Below are positions 8,498 through 17,662 of a stretch of DNA of 64,000 nucleotides, piece by piece; the first letter of the stretch is position 1, and the number at the start of each line of letters is the position of its first letter. The notes under the pieces are model-generated. The model ran no database searches. It worked only from the letters and a program-made list of their open reading frames with translations, and was not told the origin of the DNA. Source of the stretch: a virus; IMG/VR virus record IMGVR_UViG_3300046652_000008, positions 30,920 to 94,919 of that record. The stretch is one strand, 5' to 3'. The position numbers and the translations under genes were made by a program.

Positions 8498-9200
8498 GTC
8501 CGACGAACTCACACGGACCCGCGAAACGACTGGACAGCCAGAAAAGCCAAGCGCGGATTGACAAAAGAATCAGACCGGACCCCAAACGCGATAGCAGGAT
8601 CTAGATTGGGTTTCATGGGAAGCCGAGAGAATCACCCGCAGACATCCCCGCCGTCAGCCACTCCGCAAAGAGACCAGCAATGGTTCAGGCAATAGGCATA
8701 GTGGATCAACAAGCCGAGTGAAGATCAGAGCCAGCCCACACCGCACGAGTAGGAACGAAATCCCCCGAGCGGCAATGAAATGACAGGGTTAAACGCAGGA
8801 TACCCTAGTGGTACAGTAAGCCGATACCCGAGATGCCAGCACGATGCAATAACAGCATCGAAACATCGCACGCCAGCAGCACAGGACTAAGCCCCTGCTA
8901 GCGTCCTACCAAGAGGATACATGGATACCACCGGAACGCATGGAAACGCGGAGAAACGATCCTAGACTCAGCACGACCCCACACAGGAGACGAGCAGATT
9001 CTAACCGAGACACAAACCGATCGAACAAACGAAAACGACTTGACGAGCCAACACGTTAACCATTAAAGAGCGGACAACGGCATACGGGTAAACTCCGAAT
9101 TGCACGCGCCTATCAATAATGCTAAATCGCAACGCGCCCAACGTGTTAGCCCGTCCAGTCTATTAGCTGCATTCAAACCGAGTACAGCTTATAGGCTGAT
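8498..9200 (+). ncRNA. Putative large structured RNA or leader of unknown class
   Basis: No ORF of 60 aa or more in any frame; T-poor; many hairpins and nested long-range helices; starts at the predicted sigma54 +1. Confidence 0.6.
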
Positions 9201-9214
9201 AAGGACAGCCCACC

Positions 9215-9496
9215 GTGAAGAACAAGAAACGTAACGCAACGCTTCAGGCCGTAGTAGATAAGGCCAACGAATTCATGAACGAATCCCCCGATAGCGACAG
9301 GCCAGCACGCAAGATGCTAGCTGTATTCGTTGACTCCCTGTTATTCGAGGCCCGATGCTACAACGGATATAATTATCTGTATTGGCTTGAGACGGGCTAT
9401 GATCAATGGGTTAAAGATGGAAGACCAGACTTCCTTGAGAAAGACCCGTATATCTACGGACCCACGGGAGACGATTCACGCGTTAGATTCTACTAG
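9215..9496 (+). CDS. hypothetical early protein
   Basis: GTG start with AAGGA RBS directly after a hairpin. Confidence 0.7.
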   Translation: MKNKKRNATLQAVVDKANEFMNESPDSDRPARKMLAVFVDSLLFEARCYNGYNYLYWLETGYDQWVKDGRPDFLEKDPYIYGPTGDDSRVRFY

Positions 9497-9504
9497 ACAC
9501 CATA

Positions 9505-9581
9505 GACGCCTAATGATTAAACCCGTTAGGCGTCCAGTCTATAGATAGCCTAGTATTAACGTATTAGACTATGCATAGGCT
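9505..9581 (+). other. Tandem intergenic stem-loops (RNA processing or stability site?)
   Basis: GACGCCTAATG/CGTTAGGCGTC and AGTCTAT...ATAGGCT; shares CGTCCAGTCTAT with 9152-9163. Confidence 0.6.
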
Positions 9582-9604
9582 ACAACGTCCAATAGGGAGA
9601 AAGT

Positions 9605-9835
9605 ATGTTTATCCGAATCAGTAAGAGAACCGCACGGAAGATGTTCACCGAAGGCAAGTCCTTCTATATCATCGCTCACAAGATGCGCCCCGGTTATCCT
9701 TTCAGTATGGGAATGACCGTCTATCCCACGGAATACACCGAAGGCCAGTCATTCGATTACATGCTGAACAATTGGAACTTCTACAATTCCAGTTGGGAGA
9801 CGGGATACTACCCCGCGTTCTATCTGGAACGGTGA
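9605..9835 (+). CDS. hypothetical early protein
   Basis: GGGAG RBS. Confidence 0.7.
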   Translation: MFIRISKRTARKMFTEGKSFYIIAHKMRPGYPFSMGMTVYPTEYTEGQSFDYMLNNWNFYNSSWETGYYPAFYLER

Positions 9836-9839
9836 CGCC

Positions 9840-10022
9840 ATGCAACCAGCACGATACAGACTCACCCAAGCATACGGAAAACACGTTACACTCATAGGTG
9901 TATACGCCCACTTCAAAGACGCACAGCGCGCAAAAGAGCAGCACTGCTCCGAATTCACAAACCAGGGATATGGACTCTACACCATAACCGAGACGACTAC
10001 GCCCGAACCACAGGAGAGATGA
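9840..10022 (+). CDS. hypothetical protein
   Basis: Fills the gap between two co-oriented genes. Confidence 0.55.
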   Translation: MQPARYRLTQAYGKHVTLIGVYAHFKDAQRAKEQHCSEFTNQGYGLYTITETTTPEPQER

Positions 10023-10025
10023 GAA

Positions 10026-10913
10026 ATGGACTTCAGCAGCTTGTTCAAAAAAGGGATAACCTTGATATCTGTCAAGACATCTCAAGTAATGGGAACCAGT
10101 AAAAAACTTTCAGACGCGGGCAAAACAGCCATTGCCGAGCGTAATGACATGGCCCCCGAACGCTTGAACGCCACGAAGGTTATCGCTAAGAGTGAGAATC
10201 TGAAGAAGCTAACCTCTGAGAAAACCGCATTCATGGCATGGATCACAGAACATTGTGTCCCGGCCACGGAATTCTTGCGGAGTGGCTGCTACTTTATTGA
10301 TCGTAGCCTACTCGAAGACTTAGAAAACCAGCACGCCCAAACACTTCAAAATTGCGACTCGCTGTTAGTCGCACTCAAAGAAGAATGGTCCAGTATCCGT
10401 GAAGCTTCGCGCCGTGAATTAGGTCATGAATGGTCTGAAGACCTGCTACCCGAGACGCCGGACGCCTTGATCGCTCAATTCGGCATCACCTATCAGGCTT
10501 TCGAGCTTAGCATTCCAGATGGCATGGACCCTGCAACCCACCAGCGAGAACTTGACAAGGCCAACGGAGCATTGAAAAGCGCCTACCGCGAAGTAGAGTT
10601 AACCTTGCGCGATGAGATGATCAGCGCAGGCAACCCCAACGGGTTACTGGTAGCGCTAAAGAAGCGCCTTGATTCATTCGGGCAGACCAAAGGAGACCGT
10701 TTCCGCGAAGCACTGCTAACCAACGTGCTTGACTGGTGCGCCCGAGTACCACAGCGCAACATCTCAGAGAATCCGCAAATTGCACAGCTTGCAGACCTAG
10801 TGTATGCCAGTGTGTCAAGCTGGAACGTTGACCGCTTCAGAGACGACGCGAAAGAACGCGAGCAAGCGAGTGAGAAGATAGCGGAATTTATCCGCGAATT
10901 CGACAGGGTGTAG
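10026..10913 (+). CDS. DUF3150-like protein
   Basis: 295-aa helical protein (TLISVK...KKL, GCYFI, LPETPDALIAQF) upstream of an AAA/vWA pair, the usual context of this family. Confidence 0.6.
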   Translation: MDFSSLFKKGITLISVKTSQVMGTSKKLSDAGKTAIAERNDMAPERLNATKVIAKSENLKKLTSEKTAFMAWITEHCVPATEFLRSGCYFIDRSLLEDLENQHAQTLQNCDSLLVALKEEWSSIREASRRELGHEWSEDLLPETPDALIAQFGITYQAFELSIPDGMDPATHQRELDKANGALKSAYREVELTLRDEMISAGNPNGLLVALKKRLDSFGQTKGDRFREALLTNVLDWCARVPQRNISENPQIAQLADLVYASVSSWNVDRFRDDAKEREQASEKIAEFIREFDRV

Positions 10914-10957
10914 TACTGTGAAGACAGGGCGATATCTAACCGGGTATTGACCCTGTA

Positions 10958-11194
10958 TTGACCGCACTAGACCACATCCAACAATTGGACATTATGACCA
11001 CACTATCAGACATTCACGAACCCGCAGCCGTAAGGATGCGACACCCACAACGCGAGAACTCCAGAGCACGCCACGAGCGCAACGCTAGGACAGACAAGAC
11101 CGAGCGCACCTGTAAGACCTGTAACGCGACCATAGATCAGACGGACGCGCCATTTGTGCGCATGTATTGCGACACTTGCAACGCTGGACAATAG
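10958..11194 (+). CDS. small Zn-ribbon protein
   Basis: CKTC...YCDTC; start may be ATG at 10994. Confidence 0.55.
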   Translation: MTALDHIQQLDIMTTLSDIHEPAAVRMRHPQRENSRARHERNARTDKTERTCKTCNATIDQTDAPFVRMYCDTCNAGQ

Positions 11195-11204
11195 GAGACA
11201 TGAA

Positions 11205-12428
11205 ATGTATCGGCCCTGTACTTCGAGATTCAAAGGGACCACTTGCAACCGATGCGGTAAGGTTATCGGACTTGGCACTACGATATACGTGGATTCTAAC
11301 GAAGCCGTAAACAAGAAAGCCCGTTGCTATAGCTGCTACGAACAGACCAAAGACGGACAGAACAAAGACGGACAGAACCCGCAACCGCCAGATGCCCCTA
11401 TGCCAAAAGACATAGCCGATGCAATCACGGCACCTCAACCCGTTGACGAGTCACGCATTCGAGATATCGCCAAAACCGAATCCCTCAAGACGATCAAATC
11501 ATGGGGAGACGAGAAGTGTACGGAGATCAAAGACCACGTTTTGACCCGCACCGAGGATATCATTCGGAAGACAGCCGAAAAGGTATTCAGGGACGAAGCG
11601 AGTAGGACCGTTATACTCCAGACCTCAGACCGGAAGATAAAAATCAATGGCGCACACTGCCAAACCGCCGACCTTGCACAGCTAATAGCAGCACGACGCC
11701 ACACCTACATATACGGTCCACGCGGAACGGGAAAGACCCACGTAGTGCTACAACTATGCGCGGCCCTTAACCTCCGAGTCTATATGGAATCTGGTAACCC
11801 ATTCTTTACTCCCCACGACTATAAAGGTTATATGAATGCAATGGGAAGCTACACAGCTACTGCCCTGTATCGTTTCCTCACTTGCGCCGAGCCTTGCGCC
11901 CTGTTTATTGACGAATTCGATAGACAGCGAGTAGATGCGCCCAGCGTACTCAATAGCCTATTGGCCCAAGGTCATATAACATTTCCCAATGGGGAAACCC
12001 ATCACCTCCGCACCGATGGAACACAGGTTATCATCGCGTCAGGCAACACCGCCATGAGAGGTGGTTCTACCGCCTACGCCGCAGCCAGCAAACAAGAACT
12101 ATCCACGATTGACCGCTTTTTCTATCTCTACTGGCAGATAGACGAGAACTTAGAATCTAATATCGCTCAGGGTATCAGCCCGAAACACAGCGCGACTTGG
12201 GTATCGTGGATTAGAGCGATACGCGCATGGTACAGCAAGCCCGAGAATCGCAACATGGAAGAAGATGCACCCAGCCCCCGCGCGACATTTGACGGGCTAA
12301 CCGCACTCGAAACTACCACGCTACCCGTAACCTTGATAGCAGATGGCGCAGTGTTTAAGGGAATAGCCCAAGAGGTTAAAGCTAAGGTCCTGGCAGCCTG
12401 CCCACTACCCCGCTTGATTGGACGCTAG
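11205..12428 (+). CDS. MoxR/CobS-like AAA+ ATPase with N-terminal Zn ribbon
   Basis: GPRGTGKT, LFIDEFD, IIASGNT, TIDRF, SPRAT; AGGAG RBS before ATG 11205. Confidence 0.85.
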   Translation: MYRPCTSRFKGTTCNRCGKVIGLGTTIYVDSNEAVNKKARCYSCYEQTKDGQNKDGQNPQPPDAPMPKDIADAITAPQPVDESRIRDIAKTESLKTIKSWGDEKCTEIKDHVLTRTEDIIRKTAEKVFRDEASRTVILQTSDRKIKINGAHCQTADLAQLIAARRHTYIYGPRGTGKTHVVLQLCAALNLRVYMESGNPFFTPHDYKGYMNAMGSYTATALYRFLTCAEPCALFIDEFDRQRVDAPSVLNSLLAQGHITFPNGETHHLRTDGTQVIIASGNTAMRGGSTAYAAASKQELSTIDRFFYLYWQIDENLESNIAQGISPKHSATWVSWIRAIRAWYSKPENRNMEEDAPSPRATFDGLTALETTTLPVTLIADGAVFKGIAQEVKAKVLAACPLPRLIGR

Positions 12429-12515
12429 CAGCAATACGACGAGCTTAGAGCATAGCTGCACACCGCCGTTATGCTCTTTGCTGATCGGATTAAGGATACA
12501 ATAAATGGAGAGGAT

Positions 12516-13397
12516 ATGAGACCCACCGAGCACACCGCCGAACAGATAAGATACTGGCGTAGCTTCCACGAACTCTTAGGCTTTGTAAGAGACGCTAGAC
12601 CACCAGCAGACGCCACCTGTAGCCACGACCCGGAATTTAATAGCTGGGGAGAAGGCAACTGGTACAATACTAAGGACTTTAGCGAAGCAGTTAACCTTGC
12701 TACGAACGGTTGGGGCGACGGAGCTAAGCGCAGTATGCCCATGGTCAATGCCATCACTGCCAGCGTAGCAGCAAGAGTGGTAAGAGAAACTGTTATCACA
12801 CAAGACTATCCAAGCTCACTTGGCTTTAGCGTTCCCGCTCTTTTGTCTGGTACGCCTGATTATTGGTATGCTTTCAATCAGATAGCATCAGACAATCGCC
12901 AAAGCCCACAGGTTAAACTAAGCATTTCATTATGCCAGTCATGCGGAGTACCCGCTAAAGTGATGGAACTCAAGGGTGCAGCACTCGCGGCCATCGCTAA
13001 CGCCCTAGAATTGAGCGGCAAGAGCGTGCAGATTCAAGCGGACTATACCACGACGGGATATGGTGGTGGATACATGAGCGATGTATTCATTGTTAAGGAG
13101 TACGGCCAGCCCTTAGACTTAACCGCTATCATCTTTGCAATAGGCCACGCCAGCAGCCTAAGACGTATCGGTTTTGCAGCTTGGGAACAATCCCCGGTTG
13201 AGATCAGACATAAAACCGGAGTAGGTAACGGTGCATATGGAAGCCCGACCGACTGTAAAGAGACTGAACGCGGAAGCATTCACATCCCGTCCTCATACCT
13301 GTATGATGGAGAGGCAGATTGGAACAATCGCGGCAGTGTCGAGAAATGGATAGCCGCCAAGCTGGAATCATGCGGAGTGATTCTAGCCCACGAATAA
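12516..13397 (+). CDS. vWA-like partner protein of the AAA+ ATPase
   Basis: Adjacent to a MoxR-like ATPase; VPALLSGTPDYW, VKEYGQPLD, HASSLRRIGF; MIDAS motif degenerate. Confidence 0.6.
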   Translation: MRPTEHTAEQIRYWRSFHELLGFVRDARPPADATCSHDPEFNSWGEGNWYNTKDFSEAVNLATNGWGDGAKRSMPMVNAITASVAARVVRETVITQDYPSSLGFSVPALLSGTPDYWYAFNQIASDNRQSPQVKLSISLCQSCGVPAKVMELKGAALAAIANALELSGKSVQIQADYTTTGYGGGYMSDVFIVKEYGQPLDLTAIIFAIGHASSLRRIGFAAWEQSPVEIRHKTGVGNGAYGSPTDCKETERGSIHIPSSYLYDGEADWNNRGSVEKWIAAKLESCGVILAHE

Positions 13398-13467
13398 CAA
13401 CGAACTCGGAGCGGGATAAGAACCGCTCAACCCAATAACGATTAGAGACACTCAGGAGAGCAAAGCT

Positions 13468-14280
13468 ATGTATAACGCATACGTCCAACCCCGGACACCA
13501 GAAGAAGAAGCAGCCGCCCAAGCCGCATATAATGCACGCTACGCCGAAGAGCGCAGGGTACTAGCCGCTAAGATCCAGGCCACTACCCAGCTTATCGCGG
13601 ACATTGGAGAAGCCTTGACCGCAGATCCAGACTCCAATGTACCAGTAGTCTATCTTAAAATCCGCGAAGGCAACGAACACGGGAATAATCTCCCGACGCT
13701 GGAAACCCAAGGAGACACCTATGGTCTACACTTCAGCTATGCCCGAACCAAGCCGGAAAAGCTTCACATATCTGGTACTTCATGGCCGACCTATACCAAC
13801 CGACACGGCAACGTCGAAATCATGTTCCCCTATCAGGCAGGAGCCGAATCCCCGACTATCACCGTAACCGAGAGCAGGGGAGCCGCCAAGATCGCCCAGG
13901 AGATCAAACGCCGACTCTTACCAGACCTTATGAAAGCATGGGAGACCTGCAAAGATAAGGTCGACTCGACAAACGCAACCAACAGCCAGATGTATGCAAC
14001 AGCCGCAAGCGTCGCCCAGATTCTAGGCGAGAAGCCGCCATCACGATCTAATAACGGTTATGAAGATGGGGTTATGGTGTACGGCAACGCCGCAACTGTT
14101 AACGTATGCGGCCAGTACTCCACGTTCACCATCCGAACCACGGACCCCGACCACGCCGCCATTGTGGCACGCCACGCAGCCGCAGCCCATGCGGAGTATA
14201 TTGCATTTATGAAAGAGCGCAAAGCCCAGACCGAACTACACAAGGAGACCACACTATGCATAGTGCCGCACGCCTTTTGA
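13468..14280 (+). CDS. hypothetical early protein
   Basis: 270-aa ORF, AGGAG RBS. Confidence 0.8.
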   Translation: MYNAYVQPRTPEEEAAAQAAYNARYAEERRVLAAKIQATTQLIADIGEALTADPDSNVPVVYLKIREGNEHGNNLPTLETQGDTYGLHFSYARTKPEKLHISGTSWPTYTNRHGNVEIMFPYQAGAESPTITVTESRGAAKIAQEIKRRLLPDLMKAWETCKDKVDSTNATNSQMYATAASVAQILGEKPPSRSNNGYEDGVMVYGNAATVNVCGQYSTFTIRTTDPDHAAIVARHAAAAHAEYIAFMKERKAQTELHKETTLCIVPHAF

Positions 14281-14565
14281 TCCTTTTGACGTCAGCCCTG
14301 TTGTCATGGGCTTTCATCTACTTTTGCGTAGGCTTCGGCCTATGCTTCGCGGGAATCTTTATCCCAGGCTTTAACCATTAAGGAGCACAGTATGCCAATT
14401 TTCGCGCCAGCCCTTTTGTATATTTGGACCGCATGGTACTACTACCACGCGCCCCGCGTATGGCCCACCACGCCCCCACCACGCCATCACCATGCTATGA
14501 CGGCAGGAGAGCGCTAGCCCAATCAACAACGACGAGCCGGGAGACCACCGAAGGAGTAAACGATT

Positions 14566-15312
14566 ATGGCATATACAAAATTCACGAGCATTGCCCATTC
14601 CGTAAAGTTTGGGTACGCATACGACACGGGCTATCACAACCAATCCCCAATCAATGATCATTTTCGCATGTTCGAGACGTATGGAGATGGACTCTGCCAG
14701 CATTCCGGCGATTGGGGAGTTGACCATGAGTTTCTTGCAGACTACCTGCTATCACTCGCCCAGGCCATGCTTGCGGACCCCGAGCTTTTGGAGACTGTCC
14801 GGTATCAATTCGACAGACCCGAGCGCAGCAAGATTGAATTCGCGGCCAGCATCATATTCAAAGCCGATCCAGACTATAGCTGGAGAGAGAAGAAGACCCG
14901 CTATTTCTCCATGCAAGAGCGGAAGATTAGCACAGCCCCCGGCAAGGAATACGATAAACGCTATGAGAAGGTAACAGACATCCACACCGGCAAGCCACTT
15001 GCGATCTATAATCTGGTATTGAGTGGCTACTCAAACGGACTCGAAAAGCTACAAGCCGCCATCGCAATATATGATTGGGTCTGTGAGGATGGATCGCATG
15101 GATGGATGGAACGCCCTGCCCAGTTTTGCGGATTCACCAAGAGCACCGCCGACGCTTGCGCTATCGAGAACGCATACGAGACTTGCGAATGGATCTTGAA
15201 GGCCGCATTCTTGAATGACCGCGCCAATTCAACCATTAAACGAGCCGTAGAAAACGCCAAGCCGCCATGCTGTGAGATCATCCCCGACGACACCCAGGAG
15301 GCTACCGCATGA
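14566..15312 (+). CDS. hypothetical early protein
   Basis: 248-aa ORF, AAGGAG RBS. Confidence 0.8.
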   Translation: MAYTKFTSIAHSVKFGYAYDTGYHNQSPINDHFRMFETYGDGLCQHSGDWGVDHEFLADYLLSLAQAMLADPELLETVRYQFDRPERSKIEFAASIIFKADPDYSWREKKTRYFSMQERKISTAPGKEYDKRYEKVTDIHTGKPLAIYNLVLSGYSNGLEKLQAAIAIYDWVCEDGSHGWMERPAQFCGFTKSTADACAIENAYETCEWILKAAFLNDRANSTIKRAVENAKPPCCEIIPDDTQEATA

Positions 15313-15521
15313 GCGGGAAGCAACCCACCACGACGATACCGACAGAACTCCTTATGGCGCTTGTCAAATTGTTAGACATCGCCCCACCTATCCTGCTAGA
15401 CTGGATTCAGACCACGGGATACGGCGAGATCCACGATAGGGACTTGTCGGCCCTATTCGACTTTCAACGCGCCATAGACTTACACCATGAGTTTATGAAA
15501 GAGAACGGAGTACAGGCATGA
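15309..15521 (+). CDS. hypothetical protein
   Basis: ATGA overlaps at both ends. Confidence 0.7.
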   Translation: MSGKQPTTTIPTELLMALVKLLDIAPPILLDWIQTTGYGEIHDRDLSALFDFQRAIDLHHEFMKENGVQA

Positions 15522-15946
15522 AGCGCACCATGTTCGATAACCTTTTGGAACTCGCAGTGGAATGCCGAAAGATCGCGGCCCTATGGGTCCGTTACTCTCG
15601 CTACGCTACAGATACGGGAGTAATCGCAGACATCCAGAACGCACTACGCCAAGGCGCTTTTGTGACCCTGCGCCAGTCTATCGACGGCAGCATGAACCAA
15701 GAAAAGCTATGTAACGCTGGAAGTGGGCATAGACATTGGCGCAATAGGCCCGTGTTAGCAGCAAGGACAAAGAAGGGACGAGCCCAGGTTAGGATAAACC
15801 TTAGCGATGGTATGCCAGCCCCCTCATGGGTTCACGTATATGACCGAGACGTTATAACCATTAGCGAGAAGCCGCTAACCACGCCAGCGGACTACACGCC
15901 AGCAGAGCAGACCGCAGCCATGAACCGCGTTAAGGTAGTACTATAA
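15518..15946 (+). CDS. hypothetical protein
   Basis: ATGA coupling, GGAG RBS. Confidence 0.7.
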   Translation: MKRTMFDNLLELAVECRKIAALWVRYSRYATDTGVIADIQNALRQGAFVTLRQSIDGSMNQEKLCNAGSGHRHWRNRPVLAARTKKGRAQVRINLSDGMPAPSWVHVYDRDVITISEKPLTTPADYTPAEQTAAMNRVKVVL

Positions 15947-15965
15947 GGAAAAGGAGCAATCAACC

Positions 15966-16244
15966 ATGATGACACGAAAAGGACCGCAATACACACCCGA
16001 ACGGGACGCAGCTACCGAAGCCGCAACTATCACATATGCTGAAAAACACGCCACGGCAACGGCGGAATACATTAAGGCATGTGCAGCCGTTTACCCCGAA
16101 GACGCTAAAGGAGATGTCCTGCCACCAGGAGAAGTTATTTGGCGAGGTTGGGCATTCTCTGGATTCGTTAAGACTGAATTCGATAGCGCCAGTTACGAGA
16201 AGATCAAAGCCGCCTTCGTAGCAGCCTACGATGCCGCTATATGA
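15966..16244 (+). CDS. hypothetical protein
   Basis: AAGGAG RBS. Confidence 0.7.
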   Translation: MMTRKGPQYTPERDAATEAATITYAEKHATATAEYIKACAAVYPEDAKGDVLPPGEVIWRGWAFSGFVKTEFDSASYEKIKAAFVAAYDAAI

Positions 16245-16365
16245 TTAAGGCGATTCTGCATCTCGCTTTGATCCTATGTGCCTTTTTGTGCGCCATCCCA
16301 TTCATTATCATCGGCGCTATTGCATGTGCCGTACTACCAGCACCGCAAGATATAGGAGACTAACA

Positions 16366-16647
16366 ATGCAAGACGACTTCGCTAAGATGGCAGGGTCTAC
16401 GTTCAAGCTGGCGATTTTGGGAGTTGTGGCCGACGTTGTACTGGGCAGCCTTGCGCTCTGGTATACGCTCGCCCATGTGCTCACGCCCTATCTGAGCCAA
16501 CAGGGAACCAGCTTCACCGCGCCGTACCTGCTTTGCCTTTCGGCCTACACGTCAATCCGTATTAGCTTGCGTATTCCCATCTTCGCAGTATGTACGCTTG
16601 CCGCCACTATCACTTTTCTCTTGACTCACGTAGTCAATGGGTTATAA
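16366..16647 (+). CDS. hypothetical membrane protein
   Basis: AGGAG RBS before ATG 16366; hydrophobic helices. Confidence 0.65.
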   Translation: MQDDFAKMAGSTFKLAILGVVADVVLGSLALWYTLAHVLTPYLSQQGTSFTAPYLLCLSAYTSIRISLRIPIFAVCTLAATITFLLTHVVNGL

Positions 16648-16700
16648 TCATTAACAGATACGAGATGCCGAGCGAAGCACGGCAGAGGAGCGAGGCGACT

Positions 16701-17237
16701 ATGGCGAATAAAGGATTGATGCCCGGATTGAAGATGACACTGAACGAACTGGAAAAGCACCCCATCTCCCCAGACCAGCATGATTATTACAATTACGCAG
16801 TAGCGAAAACACACGTGATTCTGGATGCCGCAGGGGTAAACGACACGGATCTTCCGGCAGGAATCCCCCTAGAGGCCCAGGTCTTATTTGCCGGGTTTAT
16901 GTCTGGTTTGACGTTCGCAACGCAGATGTTCAAGACGCCAGAGCTTGCTTCTGCAACTGCTGAGTCATTCCAAACAAACCCGATGATTTTTGTTTCCAAC
17001 ATGGCCGACGTTTTGGCAAAGGCCATTCAACAGAGATACAACGGAGAGCGTCAGCCGCAACTTGTTGTGCTGCCTAAGGATCTTTTTGACACAATGCAAG
17101 CCCTAGGGTTCAGCCCGGCAGACTTTGGATGTGAGTCGGAGCCGAAAGGGAAGGCCCAAGCCGCACCGCAAAAAACCCCCACGCTTGACGACTTGGAAAA
17201 GCTTTTCAGCCTGAAAGATGACAGACCCAAGAACTAA
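16701..17237 (+). CDS. hypothetical protein
   Basis: GAGG RBS before ATG 16701. Confidence 0.7.
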   Translation: MANKGLMPGLKMTLNELEKHPISPDQHDYYNYAVAKTHVILDAAGVNDTDLPAGIPLEAQVLFAGFMSGLTFATQMFKTPELASATAESFQTNPMIFVSNMADVLAKAIQQRYNGERQPQLVVLPKDLFDTMQALGFSPADFGCESEPKGKAQAAPQKTPTLDDLEKLFSLKDDRPKN

Positions 17238-17251
17238 GGAGATGCCCAACC

Positions 17252-17623
17252 ATGAAAAATGATAAATTACCGATGCCCATCATGTTCCAAGAGCTTTTAG
17301 ATAAAACCCCGCAGACCATTTACGCTGAAGGCGCAGAGGAGGACCTGAAGGTGTTTAACGCTGGAGTGGCGACCTACGGCGAGGCTCTAGCTTGTATCGA
17401 GCAGGGATACGCGCATGGCCCGCTCTCGGATCGCGATAGGGAACTTGTGGCGGCTGGAGCAGTTGCCGCGATTGGGGCCTTGGTCACCATCTTGTCAATT
17501 GATCTGGCTACTCTTTTGGTGGTCACCACTGACCCCGGCTTAGTTCTCGCTGCCCATGCTACGATGGTCGCGCACGCCATCAACGAGTACGGCCAGCCGA
17601 AGTCTAACGGCACAGTTAACTAG
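17252..17623 (+). CDS. hypothetical protein
   Basis: AAGGAG RBS. Confidence 0.7.
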   Translation: MKNDKLPMPIMFQELLDKTPQTIYAEGAEEDLKVFNAGVATYGEALACIEQGYAHGPLSDRDRELVAAGAVAAIGALVTILSIDLATLLVVTTDPGLVLAAHATMVAHAINEYGQPKSNGTVN

Positions 17624-17662
17624 ACAGTCGAGGGAGGCGAGATGGGCAACGCCTCTCACCGT

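Noticed and set aside
8498-9200. RNase P RNA, tmRNA, group I/II intron or tRNA cluster
   Set aside because: No GAGGAAAGUCC P4 motif, no tRNA-like ends or T-loops, and no host gene or intron consensus recognised.
11205-12428. AAA+ protein as the sigma54 activator
   Set aside because: No GAFTGA loop or C-terminal Fis-type HTH; motifs and the vWA neighbour indicate the MoxR/CobS type.
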